Origin: Octopus vulgaris
Lineage: Eukaryota
Direction of reading: 5' to 3'
Assembly: GCA_951406725.2 (NCBI GenBank)
Contig: OX597825.1
Location: forward strand, 76,818,001-76,882,000
DNA length: 64,000 nt
Numbering within the stretch: the stretch's first letter is position 1; each line of letters opens with the position of its first letter. Under the pieces are notes generated by a model, which worked only from the letters and a program-made list of their open reading frames with translations, ran no database searches and was not told the origin of the DNA. A program made the position numbers and the translations under genes. Of the stretch, positions 43,185 through 58,054 are shown one piece after another.

Positions 43185-43528
43185 TTTCCCTCTGTTTCTT
43201 TCCTTTTTCTTGTTTTTTTTTTTGGTTTCTTCGCCACTCTTCGATGAATACTTATATATACCCACATGTGTGTATACATATTCATTTAGAGAAATTCGGC
43301 ATATTCCATCACACACGCATACCAACACGCACGTGTGTGGGCATGTATACCCATGCGCAAACAAGCACATGAAAGCACACGCACACATATACAAATGCAT
43401 ACATAATCACATACATAATACAGACATAATTAGATACATACACAGATACACACACACACACACATATAATACATACGCATACATAGTGAGTTTTTTCTTG
43501 AATGGTTCAGCTATATATATACATACAT

Positions 43529-43611
<83 letters not shown>

Positions 43612-43681
43612 ATTATATATATATATATATACACCATCTAAAGGCACATGCACAAACACACAAAATATATATATATATGTG

Positions 43682-43809
<128 letters not shown>

Positions 43810-44121
43810 GAGGGAGAAAATGAGAGATTTACTGATTGAAATACTTAACACAAACACCTACGCACGTGCGCACGCGCGCACAAATACGCAGAGGAAGATA
43901 CGCGCAGAAAGTAATATAGACGTGCATGTGCTCTTGGCCTTGAACCACACACATGCAGAAACACATTCACACATATATAAATAATACTTACGTACGTATA
44001 TATGCAAACATATACACAACATACATACGTGCAGACATACATACACACATACATACATACATACATACATACATACATACATACATACATACATACATAC
44101 ATACATACATACATACATACA

Positions 44122-44154
<33 letters not shown>

Positions 44155-44174
44155 CACTAGCTCCAAAAGATTTT

Positions 44175-44335
44175 TATTCTCTCTCTCTGTTTATTTCATC
44201 GTGTTCATCTCTGTTAAAGAGCGTAGGCTCGAAACGTAAAAGATTTTCTCATTTTTCCAGAGCGTGAAACTAATACACATATTTATTGTTTATACACCTG
44301 TCTTCGTCTTTTGTTTTTCTGCAAATTTTAACTAC
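44175..44335 (+). mobile_element. Short repeat carrying a degenerate hammerhead-like motif; second copy at 62260-62430 (-)
   Basis: CTGTTAA-A-GAGC-GTAG-GCTC-GAAACGTA, followed by TAATACA..CACCTGTCT shared with the 62260-62430 copy. Confidence 0.55.
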
Positions 44336-44439
44336 ATATATTCGTATATACGTAGGATAACAAAAAAGAAAAAACCTGCAGACGAAGTTTGACTATATTG
44401 AGACCGATGAGTCAAGAGAACATTGGCGGAATCTCAAAC

Positions 44440-44880
44440 GTTAAAACAGTCACCAAGTTAAAAAACAACCAGGCAGATATTGTTGTGTAGGACTACAAAG
44501 AAAATATATGTTCTGTTGTGAAAATCAGCTTCCCTCAGGACACAAATGTGGTTAGAAAAAATACAAGAGGAAAGAAGACATCTATGGACCATTGATAAAG
44601 AGTTTGCAAATCCCACGATACATTTTCATCCTCACAACTATCATCATTGGATCAAAAGGATACATACCAACCCTTCTGGGCAACATGTGGCTGAACTGGG
44701 GATACCGGAAAGAGAAAGCAAATCGTTAATACATACGGTTCAAATGATCATGATATCTGAGACCATAAACATCTGTAAGACCCTCTTTAGATTTGAAGCT
44801 TGAACAAAACACGATGCTTTCTTTCACAATCTTGAGACCAAGTAGGTGATCGGTCAAAATTGAATCTAAATTGAAAAGAG
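44440..44880 (+). mobile_element. RLE-type LINE C-terminal remnant
   Basis: NNQADIVV*DYKENICSVVKISFPQDTNV...IYGPLIKSLQI...ETINICKTLFRFEA*. Confidence 0.65.
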
Positions 44881-45627
44881 TAAAACATACATACATATAT
44901 AATTCACACATACGTACATACATATATACATGTATAGCATAAATATATACATGCATAAACGTAAACTTTTGATAGTTGTCTGCACTTTGTATTGGTCCAA
45001 TATTTAACTGAATGGCACCATCTAATGAAGTCTTTTACACTGTTTGATTCAACGGTCCACTTGAGTTGGGAATTGTTTTTGACCAAATCGTATTCGGGTT
45101 TCGGTTATCTGTCCAGGTATCATTAAAGGGGTCCTCTGTTTCCTTGTTTACATTGGAGATAAGTTTGAATTGAAGGACCCGGTCAGTAAAGCTTAAAAAT
45201 CAAACAAATCTCTTTCACAATAAACTCGTGCTCTGCGACCTTGAGTTTTGCATGGATAATATTTTATGGGTGGATGCGCCTGGCCTTGTGGTTATGGCGT
45301 TACATACACGATCGCAGCACTGAGGTTTCGATTCCTAGAACGGGTGGTGCGTTGTGTTTTTGGGCAAAACTTTTTATTTCTCATTGATCCAGTCTACCCA
45401 GGAGTTCCAGAAATGATTCCATCAATAAAAACGATGCTGGATAAATTGTTTGGCTTCAGAAGGGGGATATATGTTGTAGGTTTCTTTTTATAGCACCGAT
45501 CCCGATACTTTTTGATCAGACCTCGTGCATGCATACATATGCACGCATGCAACACATTATCGCCATCAAAACTAGAACTTTACTGCGTCGGGCCCTAGGA
45601 ACTCATAGGACCAGTTTTCTGGTTTCC

Positions 45628-45946
45628 GACCCAGTATGCAACTGGTACTTAATTTATCGATCCCGAAAGGATGAAAAGCAAATTCGACCTCGGCGGAATT
45701 TGAACTCAGATGAAATACCTATTTCTTTACTACCCACACATACATAGAGGGGACAAACAAGGACAGACAAACGGATTAAGTCGATTGCATCGACTCCAGT
45801 GCGTAACTGGTACTTATTTAATCGACCCCGAAGGGATGAAAGGCAAAGTCGACCTCGGCGGAATTTGAACTCAGAACGTAACGGCAGACAAAATACCGAT
45901 AAGCACTTCGCCCGGCGTGCTAACGTTTCTGCCAGCTCACCGCCTT
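45628..45946 (-). mobile_element. SINE-A dimer: full copy plus a partial second unit
   Basis: Minus-strand junction GTAAAGAAATA|GGTATTTC at 45720/45719. Confidence 0.85.
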
Positions 45947-46345
45947 AATTTTGATACATATTGGACAAACGAAAAACAATTTAATTTTCACGTCTAAAAG
46001 CCTAGTGGAATAGCCTAGAAATTTTTAGCGAATTTCTAAAACCCCAGACTTCAGCTCCCTGTAAGGGTTTCCCTTGTCGCTGCCGAAAACTATGCATCGT
46101 TCGACTTGAGTTTAATAGGAGAGATTTTTCATCCCACTTTCTGAGATGCCTTATATGAAATATTTCAGCTTTCATCTTTTGAAAATCTCGTTATTTCTTG
46201 ATGCATACTTATAACATACCCACAACAAATTGTACGTTATATCTAAATAAAAAATGTTTTGTGTTAAAATAAAGATCGTTATTAACGAACACTTATCTGA
46301 GATCTCTCAGTTCCCTCTTCATTAGTTAATTCACACAAAGACTCT

Positions 46346-46745
46346 AAGCTGGTAGAATCGTTATCATGCCGGGCAAACTTCTGCGCGGCAGTTCTTTTGC
46401 CTTTACGTTCTGAATTCAAAATTCTTTTCGAGATCTAAGTACCAGTTGAATACTGGGTTCATGTAATCTACTAGTCCCTTCACCCAAAACATCAGGCCTT
46501 GTGCCAAAATTATAAAGTATTATCAATTCACATGCAAAGGCGGGAAGCTGGTAGAACCGTTATCCCGTCGGACAATATGCTTTGTAGCATTTCTTTCAGT
46601 TTTACGTGCTGAGTTCAAATGCTGCCAAGGTCGACTTTGGCTTTCTAGCCCTTCGAGGCCGATAAAATAAATACGAAGTTGATTACTTGAGTCGATGTAA
46701 TCAACTAGCTTCCTTCGCCCAAAATCTTGGGCCTTGTGCTTAGAA
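46346..46745 (+). mobile_element. Two tandem degenerate SINE-A copies (older tail)
   Basis: AGCTGGTAGAA.CGTTATC heads and GGCCTTGTGC tails. Confidence 0.7.
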
Positions 46746-46888
46746 TAGAAAAATTTTCTATTGTCACATGGAATATACAGATAGCAAATTGTACATAATT
46801 TATATAAAGAGGATTAGCGTTAATAATGAACATTATTAATGACAGCTATTTCCTATTAATTCATTATTATTATTCGTTATTTTAAATG

Positions 46889-47295
46889 CACATGGATCCG
46901 GGTTCAGTCCCACTGCGCGACACCTTGGGCAAGTGTCTTCTACTATAACCATGAGCCGACCAAATCCTTGTGAGTAGATCTGGTAGACGGAAACTGAAAG
47001 AAGCCAGTTGTATATATTCATATAATATATATGTGTGTGTGTGTGTATTTGTGTGTGTGTGTGCGCGTGCGCGTCTTTGTGTCTATATTTGTCTCCCACC
47101 CCCACTTTATAACCGGTGTTGGTGTGTTTATGTCCCCATAACTTAGCAGTTCATCAAAAGAGCCAGATAGAATAAGTAGTGGGCTTAAAACGAAAAAAAT
47201 AAGTATTCGGGTCGATTAATTCGACTAAAAACATTCTCCAAGGCGGTGCTGCAGCGTGGCCGCAGCCTGATGAATGAACCAAGCAAAAGATAAAA
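46889..47295 (+). mobile_element. SINE family B, 5'-truncated
   Basis: GGTTCAGTCCCACTGCG..CACCTTGGGCAAGTG, microsatellite, tail. Confidence 0.8.
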
Positions 47296-48210
47296 AAAAT
47301 GTTAATCATAACACAAGTACAAAGTAAATAAAATTACCAGTCATGAACTGGGGTCGATTAATATTCCCATAAAACATCTTAGACGTAAATGGAATTATAA
47401 AAGAAAACGAAACAAGACTGCTACACTCATTAAAAAAAAATCGTGGCCTTGTGCCTGAGAAGGAAATGAGTTTTATGTTGGAGTTATAGTCTTCGTTAAG
47501 ATCAATTTCGATTTTCCATCGTTACATGATCGATAAAAGAAGTACCAGTCTTGTACTGGCGTCGTGGTAATCGATTGTAAACGATTTCTTACGCTCATCA
47601 CAAAATTACATGGCTCTTTGGTTTTATCTCAGAAAGTAATATTACTGATTATAAACGTAAAAACCGATAATATTTGCTCGTTGTTAACATTTCACAGTTT
47701 ACAGCGATTTCAATGTTATCGCAAAGTTATATACGTGCTTAAGTTAAACAAAATATCTTACACAACCCGATGATCTAGTGAGATATTTTTTTAAAATCCT
47801 ATATATTACTTTTATCAATCTATGTATCTATCAATTTATTTGTTAATTTTTATACATATAATCTAAGTATATAATCAACATACATACATAAATATATACA
47901 CATATATACACACATACATATATGTATGTATATATGTGCATGTATATGTGTGCATGTATACATATATATGTTCATATATATATGTATATATGTATGTGTA
48001 TGTATATACATATATTTACAGTATTAATTTTTTTTTGTGTTCCTTTTGATCTTCCATACTAAACAAACATTTAGAAATCGGTCCAATTTTTTCTCGGCAA
48101 TCTTCACTAAAATCTGTATTTATTGCTTCACAATTCAACATTTCATTGATTTATTTCTGATACGCGTGGCCGTGTGTAAATTAATATATCTCTCATACCT
48201 CTCTTTCTCT

Positions 48211-48360
<150 letters not shown>

Positions 48361-48367
48361 ATTACTT

Positions 48368-48407
<40 letters not shown>

Positions 48408-48569
48408 GCATTGTCTCATTCGTTCGCTCATCCACTCCCTATGATACGATTGTACGCATGTAATATGGTAATATTTTGCACACATATTTACATAAATGTT
48501 TATATATGTATGTGTGTGTGCGTGTGTATGCAGTTGTCTGTCTGTCTTCTGCCTGTCTATCTATCTATA

Positions 48570-48659
<90 letters not shown>

Positions 48660-48672
48660 CCTATCTATTTAT

Positions 48673-48796
<124 letters not shown>

Positions 48797-48800
48797 TTAT

Positions 48801-48842
<42 letters not shown>

Positions 48843-48874
48843 GTCTATCTGCCTGTCTGTCTGTCTGTCTTCTG

Positions 48875-48916
<42 letters not shown>

Positions 48917-48923
48917 AATATAC

Positions 48924-48985
<62 letters not shown>

Positions 48986-49139
48986 GCCTGTCTGTCTGTC
49001 TTCTGTCTGTCTATCTGTCTGTTTGTCTATCTATATATTTATCTCTCTCTCTCTCTCTCTGTATATATGTGTGTGTGACAGAGAGAGAAAGAGAGGCACA
49101 GGTGTTGCTATGTCGTAATAGAGTTGCCTGGGACTCCAA

Positions 49140-49668
49140 CCAGTCTTATCGCGATACCCTTAAAGCCAGGACATGCATACATACACATGGGATAGAGAAG
49201 AGAAACTGTGCACAATTGTAGAAATCAGCTGCCCAGCGGATGTTAACATAAAACGAAAAAAGGGAACACTTTCGCTAGAAATCTGCAGTTACTCTATCCA
49301 GATTATTGAGGCTCTTGGATATGTAACCCCCTGCCTAAATACCAATCTTGAGAAATTAGGCGTCTCAAAACCAGAAAGGAGAAAGCTGATTCGAAGACTA
49401 CAGATCCAATTCATCACTGGAACTGTAAAAATCTGTAAAACTTTCCTGAAGTTTATCATTTAAGTATATATGAGTATGTCTAGATATGCAATTGTAGGCA
49501 TGAGAATACATACATAAAGCAAAAGGTATGAATCTGCACGTATATATACATATATGCAAAAATAACCTGTTGTTGATGTTGAAATTCCAAAGAAGGGGCC
49601 TTGAATCTAGGTTAGAAACCAACACTTTCTCTATTGGCGGGAAATCTGGAAATAAAACTGAATAATGA
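49140..49668 (+). mobile_element. RLE-type LINE 3' fragment with UTR
   Basis: WDREEKLCTIVEISCPADVNI...ALGYV...LQIQFITGTVKICKTFLKFII*; ends AATAAAACTGAATAAT; related to 44440-44880. Confidence 0.75.
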
Positions 49669-49708
49669 CACACATACATACATACATACATACATACATA
49701 CATACATA

Positions 49709-49710
<2 letters not shown>

Positions 49711-49744
<34 letters not shown>

Positions 49745-49892
49745 GGCTGCCCCCTCGTTAACGAGTATGGCCATTGCACGAAGCTTAACTGTTACTGGTG
49801 CTGTGATCGAATGTGACTTTTTAGCCCAGCCAAAGATCTACCATGTCTTGTACAAAATTGGCACCTAAAACCTTTACTGGTAATAGCCGGCT
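49711..49892 (-). mobile_element. RTE-clade LINE extreme 3' end
   Basis: GFRCQFCTRHGRSLAGLKSHIRSQH* (C2H2-like), followed by ...GAGGGGGCAGCCA(TAA)n. Confidence 0.75.
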
Positions 49893-50221
49893 GTACATAC
49901 ATACATACATACATACATACATACATACATACATACATACATACATACATACATACATACATACATACATACATACATACATACATACATACATACACAC
50001 ATACATACATATATACATATATATATATATGTATATAGATAGATACACACACCATATATATATGTATATAGATAGATACACACATACATACATATGTCCA
50101 TACATACGCACACAGATTAATGCGGGTTAAGATATTATGTAATTCACTATATTTTTTTGTAGTTCGCGTAACGTTCTCGCGAGAATAACGACGTCTAACG
50201 TCGCTCTTAATCATCACTCAA

Positions 50222-50254
<33 letters not shown>

Positions 50255-50449
50255 TTTACTTTCTCTTGAAAGCTATCTTTTAAATCCAGTCACTGCACCA
50301 GCTGACTGATGGAGCACTGGGAGAGCCTGATACGGACAAACCAGCGGCATCTGAGTTGTTATATTGTAGTTCTGAGACTTGTCAGTGATGTTGATTCATT
50401 ATAAAATCCACAAAGATTAGCATGGATTAAAGATTTAATGTGTACTTAC

Positions 50450-50458
50450 AGGAAACAG
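50450..50458 (-). CDS. Candidate 9-nt microexon CTGTTTCCT
   Basis: Minus strand: TGCTAAT branch-point-like motif, TGC motifs, T-rich TTCTCTTTCTTTTACCTGTAG acceptor, 9 nt, GTAAGT donor. Confidence 0.5.
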
Positions 50459-50759
50459 CTACAGGTAAAAGAAAGAGAAAAAAAAATGTCGAATCAATGC
50501 AAGCAGCATTAGCAATAGTCATAGCAAGACTACAAAGTAACCTCTTTGTAGTCGGTTGATTTCATAGAAACAGCGGCCAGATCATCACCTGTGATTTTTT
50601 AAAGAAAGTCAATGACCCGTTGGAGGACATTTTGATTTCGTGTATGCCTAAAGAAGATGGGGTGCCCACTGCAAGAAACTCATTGTAAGAACTGATTCGA
50701 GACGGGGTCTAGGAGATAATAGCAACATCAACAACAAGAGTAAAAATTGCAGCAGCAGT

Positions 50760-50785
50760 ATCATCATCTACAACATCATCATCAT

Positions 50786-50835
<50 letters not shown>

Positions 50836-50861
50836 CCACCACCACCACCACCACCACCACC

Positions 50862-50913
<52 letters not shown>

Positions 50914-50971
50914 ACAACATCATTATCATCATCATCATCATCACCATCATCACCATCATCACCATCATCAC

Positions 50972-51015
<44 letters not shown>

Positions 51016-51019
51016 ACAA

Positions 51020-51102
<83 letters not shown>

Positions 51103-51106
51103 CCAA

Positions 51107-51167
<61 letters not shown>

Positions 51168-51300
51168 GCCGTCGTCGTCGTTGTCACCATCATCATCTTC
51201 GTTGTTACCGTGGCCATCATCGTCGTCGTCGTCGTCCTCCTCTCCCTCCTCATCACCATCAGCAGCAGCAGCAGAAGCAGCAGCAGCGGTAGCCTCAGCA
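50760..51300. repeat. (CAT)n/(CAC)n compound tract; related trinucleotide tracts at 51630-52030, 53145-54080 and 60410-60690
   Basis: Direct reading. Confidence 0.95.
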
Positions 51301-51633
51301 AAACAGTACAAACAACTGCAACAAGAACAGCAATAACAACCTACTAAGCGTACTCCTCTTTATCCTCCTCCTCCTCATCATCATCAGCAGCAGCAGCAGC
51401 AGCAACGATAGGAGCAAAAACAACAGCAACAGCAGCGGCAACTGTTATTGTTGTGGTTACTAAGTAAACAACAACAAAAACAAATCAAAAGCTAAAGAGG
51501 AGGAGAAGGAGGAGGAGGAGGAGGAGGGAATTTAGAGAGTGGGGGTGGGGTGATGTGATTGCTGGAGAATTAATAACGAAGTACTCTGAAGTGGTTGATT
51601 AATTAATTCTACGTATAATTAGGGCTGCAAGAT

Positions 51634-51674
<41 letters not shown>

Positions 51675-51741
51675 GGTGGTGGTGGTCACACAGCACTTGT
51701 TACTACTACTACTACTACTACTACTACTAATACTACTGCTG

Positions 51742-51795
<54 letters not shown>

Positions 51796-51826
51796 ATAAA
51801 AAATTGACGTGAACAGCACAGCCGCT

Positions 51827-51864
<38 letters not shown>

Positions 51865-52380
51865 CACAAGCATAACCATCACCTCCACCAACACCACCAA
51901 CACCAAAAACACCACCACAACCACAAACACAAACACCACCTCCACTACCACCACCAACACAACCAAAGTTATCACCACCACCACCACCACCACCACCACA
52001 AACACAGACACCACCGGAACCAGAACTGCGTAACAATAATTCGCACTACATACTATAGCCACAACCTCAACTGCAGCCGCACATCACAACGCCACCATAT
52101 CTGATTTACAATGTCTTTACTCAGCCGTAGATCGGCAGAAGAAGGATTTACACGGTATTAAATGATTATAACAATAAGAAGAACAACAATAGATAGGTTA
52201 TTGAGTGCAAGAAGATGTTAAGTTGTGCAGTTAAAAACTTGGCGTAATGCTCATGTTTGGTTTGAGGTTCGTTGCGTTAGCAACAATATGTATTTATAAA
52301 TGTGTAAAATGTGAAATAAATAAACGTGGATGTTACTGGAGTTTTGTCCGGAGATATCTGGAGCTGTAAGGGATCTGTAT

Positions 52381-52760
52381 ACGTCTGGAGGACCCTGTAG
52401 GACCCTGGAAGTGACTGGGGGTGACTGAAGGTGTTTAGAGATGCCTAGAAATGGTTAGAAGTGTCTGGAGGTGGCTGGCGGCGATAGGAGGTGATTGGAA
52501 GTACCCAGAGGTACCTGAGGATGCGTGGAAGTAACTGGAGATGTTAGAGGATGCCTAAAGTTGAATGGCGGTGGCTAGAGGTGATTGGAGGTGACTGGAG
52601 GTGCCCGGAGGAAATTATAAGTACTTGGAGGTGTCAAAAGATGAAAAGAGGTGACTACGAATGATTGGAAGTGCTTAGAGGTGCTTGGCGGTGCCTGAGA
52701 CGGACTGAGGTGATTGGGAGGGGCAGGAGATTTCTGACGGTGTCTCGAGGTGTCTGAAGG
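52381..52760. repeat. Diverged 10-bp minisatellite, consensus GTGNCTGGAG
   Basis: More than 30 units in constant 10-nt register (GTGACTGGGG, GTGTCTGGAG, GTGATTGGAG, GTGCCCGGAG...). Confidence 0.85.
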
Positions 52761-52849
52761 AGTGTGGAAATAAAGGGTGTTGAGTTTACTCCAGCACGTC
52801 TGGGTAGAACATAGAAAATATTTGTGTGTTTGTGTTTGTGTGTGTGCGT

Positions 52850-52898
<49 letters not shown>

Positions 52899-53172
52899 CG
52901 TGCAAATATCACTTTGTAAATTGTAAATGCATCAAAAGTAATTTAATATAACACAATGTATATATATATAATGTGTTTGTGTGTGTGTGTGTATGTATGT
53001 ATGTGTGTATATAGACGCACACAAGCATATCTACATACGCTCAGAATAATTAGTTAATATTTAATACCCGTGTAATTACATTGACTAAATCCACAGCTGA
53101 ATCAGGTATTTACAAGATTTCAACTAATTGATGTCTGGATCTAACACCACCACCACAACCACCACCACCACC

Positions 53173-53261
<89 letters not shown>

Positions 53262-53262
53262 C

Positions 53263-53310
<48 letters not shown>

Positions 53311-54050
53311 GTCTTCAGTACCACAACCGCCACCACTTGGACTTTCATTAGCGGCACCACCGCCTCCAATACTTTGCTGCTGCTCCCCCTCCCCACCAAC
53401 TGCAACGACTACCATCCGCCCACCATCTGCCGACCATCATCATCACCACTACCATCACCGCCGTCAACACCGCCACCACTGTTACATCACAATGGTTTCC
53501 ATGACACACATTGCAATAAATAGTGCTGCCGCAACCACCACCACCCTGCGCCGCCGTCACCACCGCAGACTGCCACCAACACTACTGTTGCCACCGTCGC
53601 CTCCACCATCGCCATTACCATCACCACTACCCATACTCATGGTCTCCATCGTCCCCACCCCAAACTACCATTATCACCATTCCAACCACCACCACCATCA
53701 CAATCTTCAACACCACCACCGTCACCAAGAACAACAACACGACTTCCACCACCACCACCAACAACAACATCACTACCAGCGCTACCTCCATTACCACCAC
53801 CACCACCACCCACCACCACCACCACCAAGAACAACAACACAAATTCCATCGCCGCCGCCACCACCAACAACAACAACATCATCACTACCACCGCTACCAC
53901 CACCACCACCACCACCACCACCACCACCACCAAAACCACCGCCGCCACCACCACCACCACCACCATCACCACCACCACAACCATCACCACCGTCATTGAA
54001 CACTACGACATACCGAGCCATTATTCACTTCCTCACTTCCTCACACCACG

Positions 54051-54086
<36 letters not shown>

Positions 54087-54425
54087 ATGCAACATCTTAA
54101 TCTCTCTTAATTCTGGTCCAATCGTTTCAAAGCCGCTTCAGCTTCTGATCTAACCGATGCTGCTGCTGCTGCTGCTGCTGCTGTTGTTCTTGTTACTGCT
54201 GTTCTTGTTGCTGCTGTTGTTGTTGCTTCAATATCCTTCACAGCTTCATTGAACTGAACGCATTCCAGCACATCACGTGACTCTTTGAAGGAGGCTGGTC
54301 GGCTGGTTGGGCGGATGGTTGGGACTTTTGCATCGTTGGATTTTGGATCCAGGTCAGTTTTGATCCATCACACAGCCATTCCAGTCATGGCTGTCCCGTC
54401 TCTTCCTTTTTCTGTTTTCTGTTTT

Positions 54426-54474
<49 letters not shown>

Positions 54475-54576
54475 CTCATGCACAATCCCGAACGCATGCG
54501 CAATTTAGATACCGCATCCGTATTTCTCATATACAGAGACACAGACAGACAAATTATATATATGTATATATATATA

Positions 54577-54642
<66 letters not shown>

Positions 54643-54738
54643 TATATATATATGCATATATATATATACATATATATATATATATGTATGGATGTATGTG
54701 TATATGTATGTATGTGCATATGTATGTATGTGTATATA

Positions 54739-54786
<48 letters not shown>

Positions 54787-55733
54787 CTCATATATATATA
54801 CATATATATGTGTGTGTGTGTATGTGTGTATGTGTATATATATATATATATATATATACACGCACATATATATTTAGTCGTAAAAAATTATTACCTTTGT
54901 ATGGTATTTTTTCCCATGTTGGCCACTTGATAATATCGATATTTAAATATCGATATTATCCTTATTTATAAATATATATATGTACGCTTATCTTAATTCT
55001 CTGACATAATACGTGTGACGCCGTGTGTTTGAATTTCTGATACAGTGTGACAGAAAAACCCCGAATGTCTTCCAGCGCCGTAAATGTGACCCTATGGAAG
55101 TTAGACTCACAGCAATGGAGTCTTCATATAACTCATGTCTTGTTGTTTTCCGGTTTATCATAAACATGATTTCTTCGTGAGGAGACTGCGGCTTTGAAGT
55201 TGAAAAGTTTACCGTGACTAGCGTTATCAGGAGGGACTTTTGGCGCAAACTGTTACTAGTCATGTGAAAGGCTCCTTCAAATCATCCTGTACGTAAGTTC
55301 ATTCACAAGACTAGTATGTATGTGTGTACGTACGCATTTATGTATGTATGTATGTATGTATGTATCTATGTATGTATGGATGGATGGATGGATGGATGGA
55401 TGCATGCATATATGCATGCATATATGCATGTGTGCTTGTATGTATGTATGTACGTATGTATGTATAGATGGATGGATGAATGGATCCTTGCATGCTTGTA
55501 TGCCTGTATGTGCATGTATGTATACGTATATACATATACATATATGCACGTATCTACATATACATACATACTTTATATATATATATATATATATGTAGTT
55601 ATTTGGTTATATATATATGTAGGTGTGGTTACGTAGTACTTTGGACAGATATTTTCTTCTATAGCCATGAGCCAAGCAATGTCTTTTCAGTAGATTTTGA
55701 TTGACGGAAACTGAAAGAAGCCCGTCCTATATA

Positions 55734-55788
<55 letters not shown>

Positions 55789-55789
55789 C

Positions 55790-56175
55790 GGGGATTAAAC
55801 TCACGCATGGTAAAGAGAGGCTAAAAGAGGACACAAGATGAGCTGGTATAGATAGGGATAATGGTGCAAATCAAGTAAATATATATATAGGAATATATGT
55901 AGAAGCAAAAACTGAAAATACACAGAAGAATATTCATATATAAGCATATAGATATTTATATATTTACAGAACAGATTCGCAGGGTGTACAAAGATACAGA
56001 AACCTAAGGGGATATGGCATGGTATTTCAAGTCCGACAGCTGTTTCTGGGGACTTGGAATTACGTAATAGTTGTAATGTTGGCAGATGAAGTTTGCAAAA
56101 AGTCAAAAATATAGAACCAGTAGTGGATGCATATAAATATTACCATAAATCCGGCTTCCGTCTTCAGGGGGAAGA
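55790..56175 (-). mobile_element. Penelope-like terminal-repeat remnant with an extended hammerhead-like motif
   Basis: Minus strand CCCTGAAGA...(about 110 nt)...GAAACAGCTGTCGG; adjoins the (TA)n of a degenerate SINE-B head at about 55615-55727. Confidence 0.45.
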
Positions 56176-56701
56176 GAACGCTCCTTTATAACCAGGGTAT
56201 ACAGACACGCTCCTATATAACCATGCGTACACGAACTTATTCACTTACATCCACATGTACATGTATACATCAACATACGCATACATATAGATATGCATGT
56301 GCATGAAATTATATACCCATACACACCGGCATGCAGTTTCACGATCCAGTGTAAGTTCCAGATCCAGAATAGAGAATGTTCTAGTTATGATGTTTACATA
56401 GAATAAGAACAGAAATTGGTTAAATGTTCACTATGGCTGTTTCAGACCTTTTTGTCATTGAATAATTTGATGACCTCATGAAAAACAGAAAAAAAAAAGA
56501 AGCCATTTTCTTCAAGTGAATTGAAATTTTAAAATTTGTTTCAGAGGGAAATATACATACCAAGAAATGGAATGGGAATTGACCCTCAACCAAATTATTC
56601 GTCCATAAAAAACGGGTCTGAAACAGATGTAGGGAATCTTAACCTGTTTGTGTTCTTTTTATACATACATACACACACACACACATACATACATACATAC
56701 A

Positions 56702-56733
<32 letters not shown>

Positions 56734-57357
56734 CACATACATACATACATACATACACACATACACACATACATACATACATACACACACACATGCATAC
56801 ATATACACATACATACATATATACATACACACATACATACATACATACATACATACACACATACATACATACATACATACATACATACATACATACATAC
56901 ATACATACATACAATCACACATACATACATGCATATATACATACACACATACATACATACGTACATACATACATACATACATATACACATATAAATACAG
57001 ACATACATTCTTCTGTGTGTGTGTGAGTGTGTGTGTGTGTGAGTGTGTGTGTGTGCGTGCATGTGTGTGTATACGAATGAACTGATTTATTGGTCAGTTA
57101 ATACAAGATTTGATATGCGATACGCAAAGGAATACATATACAAATACACATTAAAATAAAGAGGCATATGCACACAGTCCCATTCGTATGTTTATACATC
57201 AACACTCTCACTCAAACACATATCACACACACACACACACAAATACACAAACACGTACTCACACATGCATTAACACACACATGTACATATGTTCCATCCC
57301 ATCCTGTACCCGCATAGTCAGACATATGCACATACACTCACACAACCACACACACAC

Positions 57358-57393
<36 letters not shown>

Positions 57394-57678
57394 CACACAT
57401 ACACAAGGAATATAAGCATCAATACACACACTTCCATGAAGATACCTCAGTATAATTGACATGAAGCTTAATATAAAAACAACTATCAGATATCATAGCA
57501 GGTTGAGGGTGTCAATGTAATAGGATTAATCTCACTGTCTGTCCGTCTGTCTGTCTCACTCTCTCACTCTCTGTCTCTCACACACACACATACACACACA
57601 TACACGTACATATACACATACACACACATCCACGTACACAAACACACATAAGAGCACTCACATAATCGACAGATGTCA

Positions 57679-57727
<49 letters not shown>

Positions 57728-58054
57728 TGTTTATACAACGCCAACACAAACAAAAATTTACATAGATATAATTACATAGATACAATACTCACACAGACAT
57801 AAATACAGACACACACACACATACACACCGACGTATATATTTTCTTCTTTCCAACATCCGTTGGATAGCGCATCGGCAAACTATATACAGTACATACATA
57901 CATACATACATACATGCATACATACACACACGCACACACAAACACACACACACACATACATACATACATAATACATACATACATACATACATACATACAT
58001 ACATACATACATACATACATACATACATACATACATACATACATACATACATAC

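Noticed and set aside
49792-49892. Host C2H2 zinc-finger gene fragment
   Set aside because: A single finger followed by an RTE-type GCCA(TAA)n tail; it is a LINE C-terminus
50452-50464. Plus-strand 13-nt exon (TTACAG|..CAG|GTAAAA) overlapping the microexon
   Set aside because: No pyrimidine tract, weak donor and frameshifting length; the minus-strand signals are much stronger
53110-53415. Gly/Ser-rich minus ORF (GGEGEQQQSIGGGG..) as a coding exon
   Set aside because: Dominated by (AGT)n/(GGT)n tracts, with weak acceptor and donor; indistinguishable from neighbouring trinucleotide DNA
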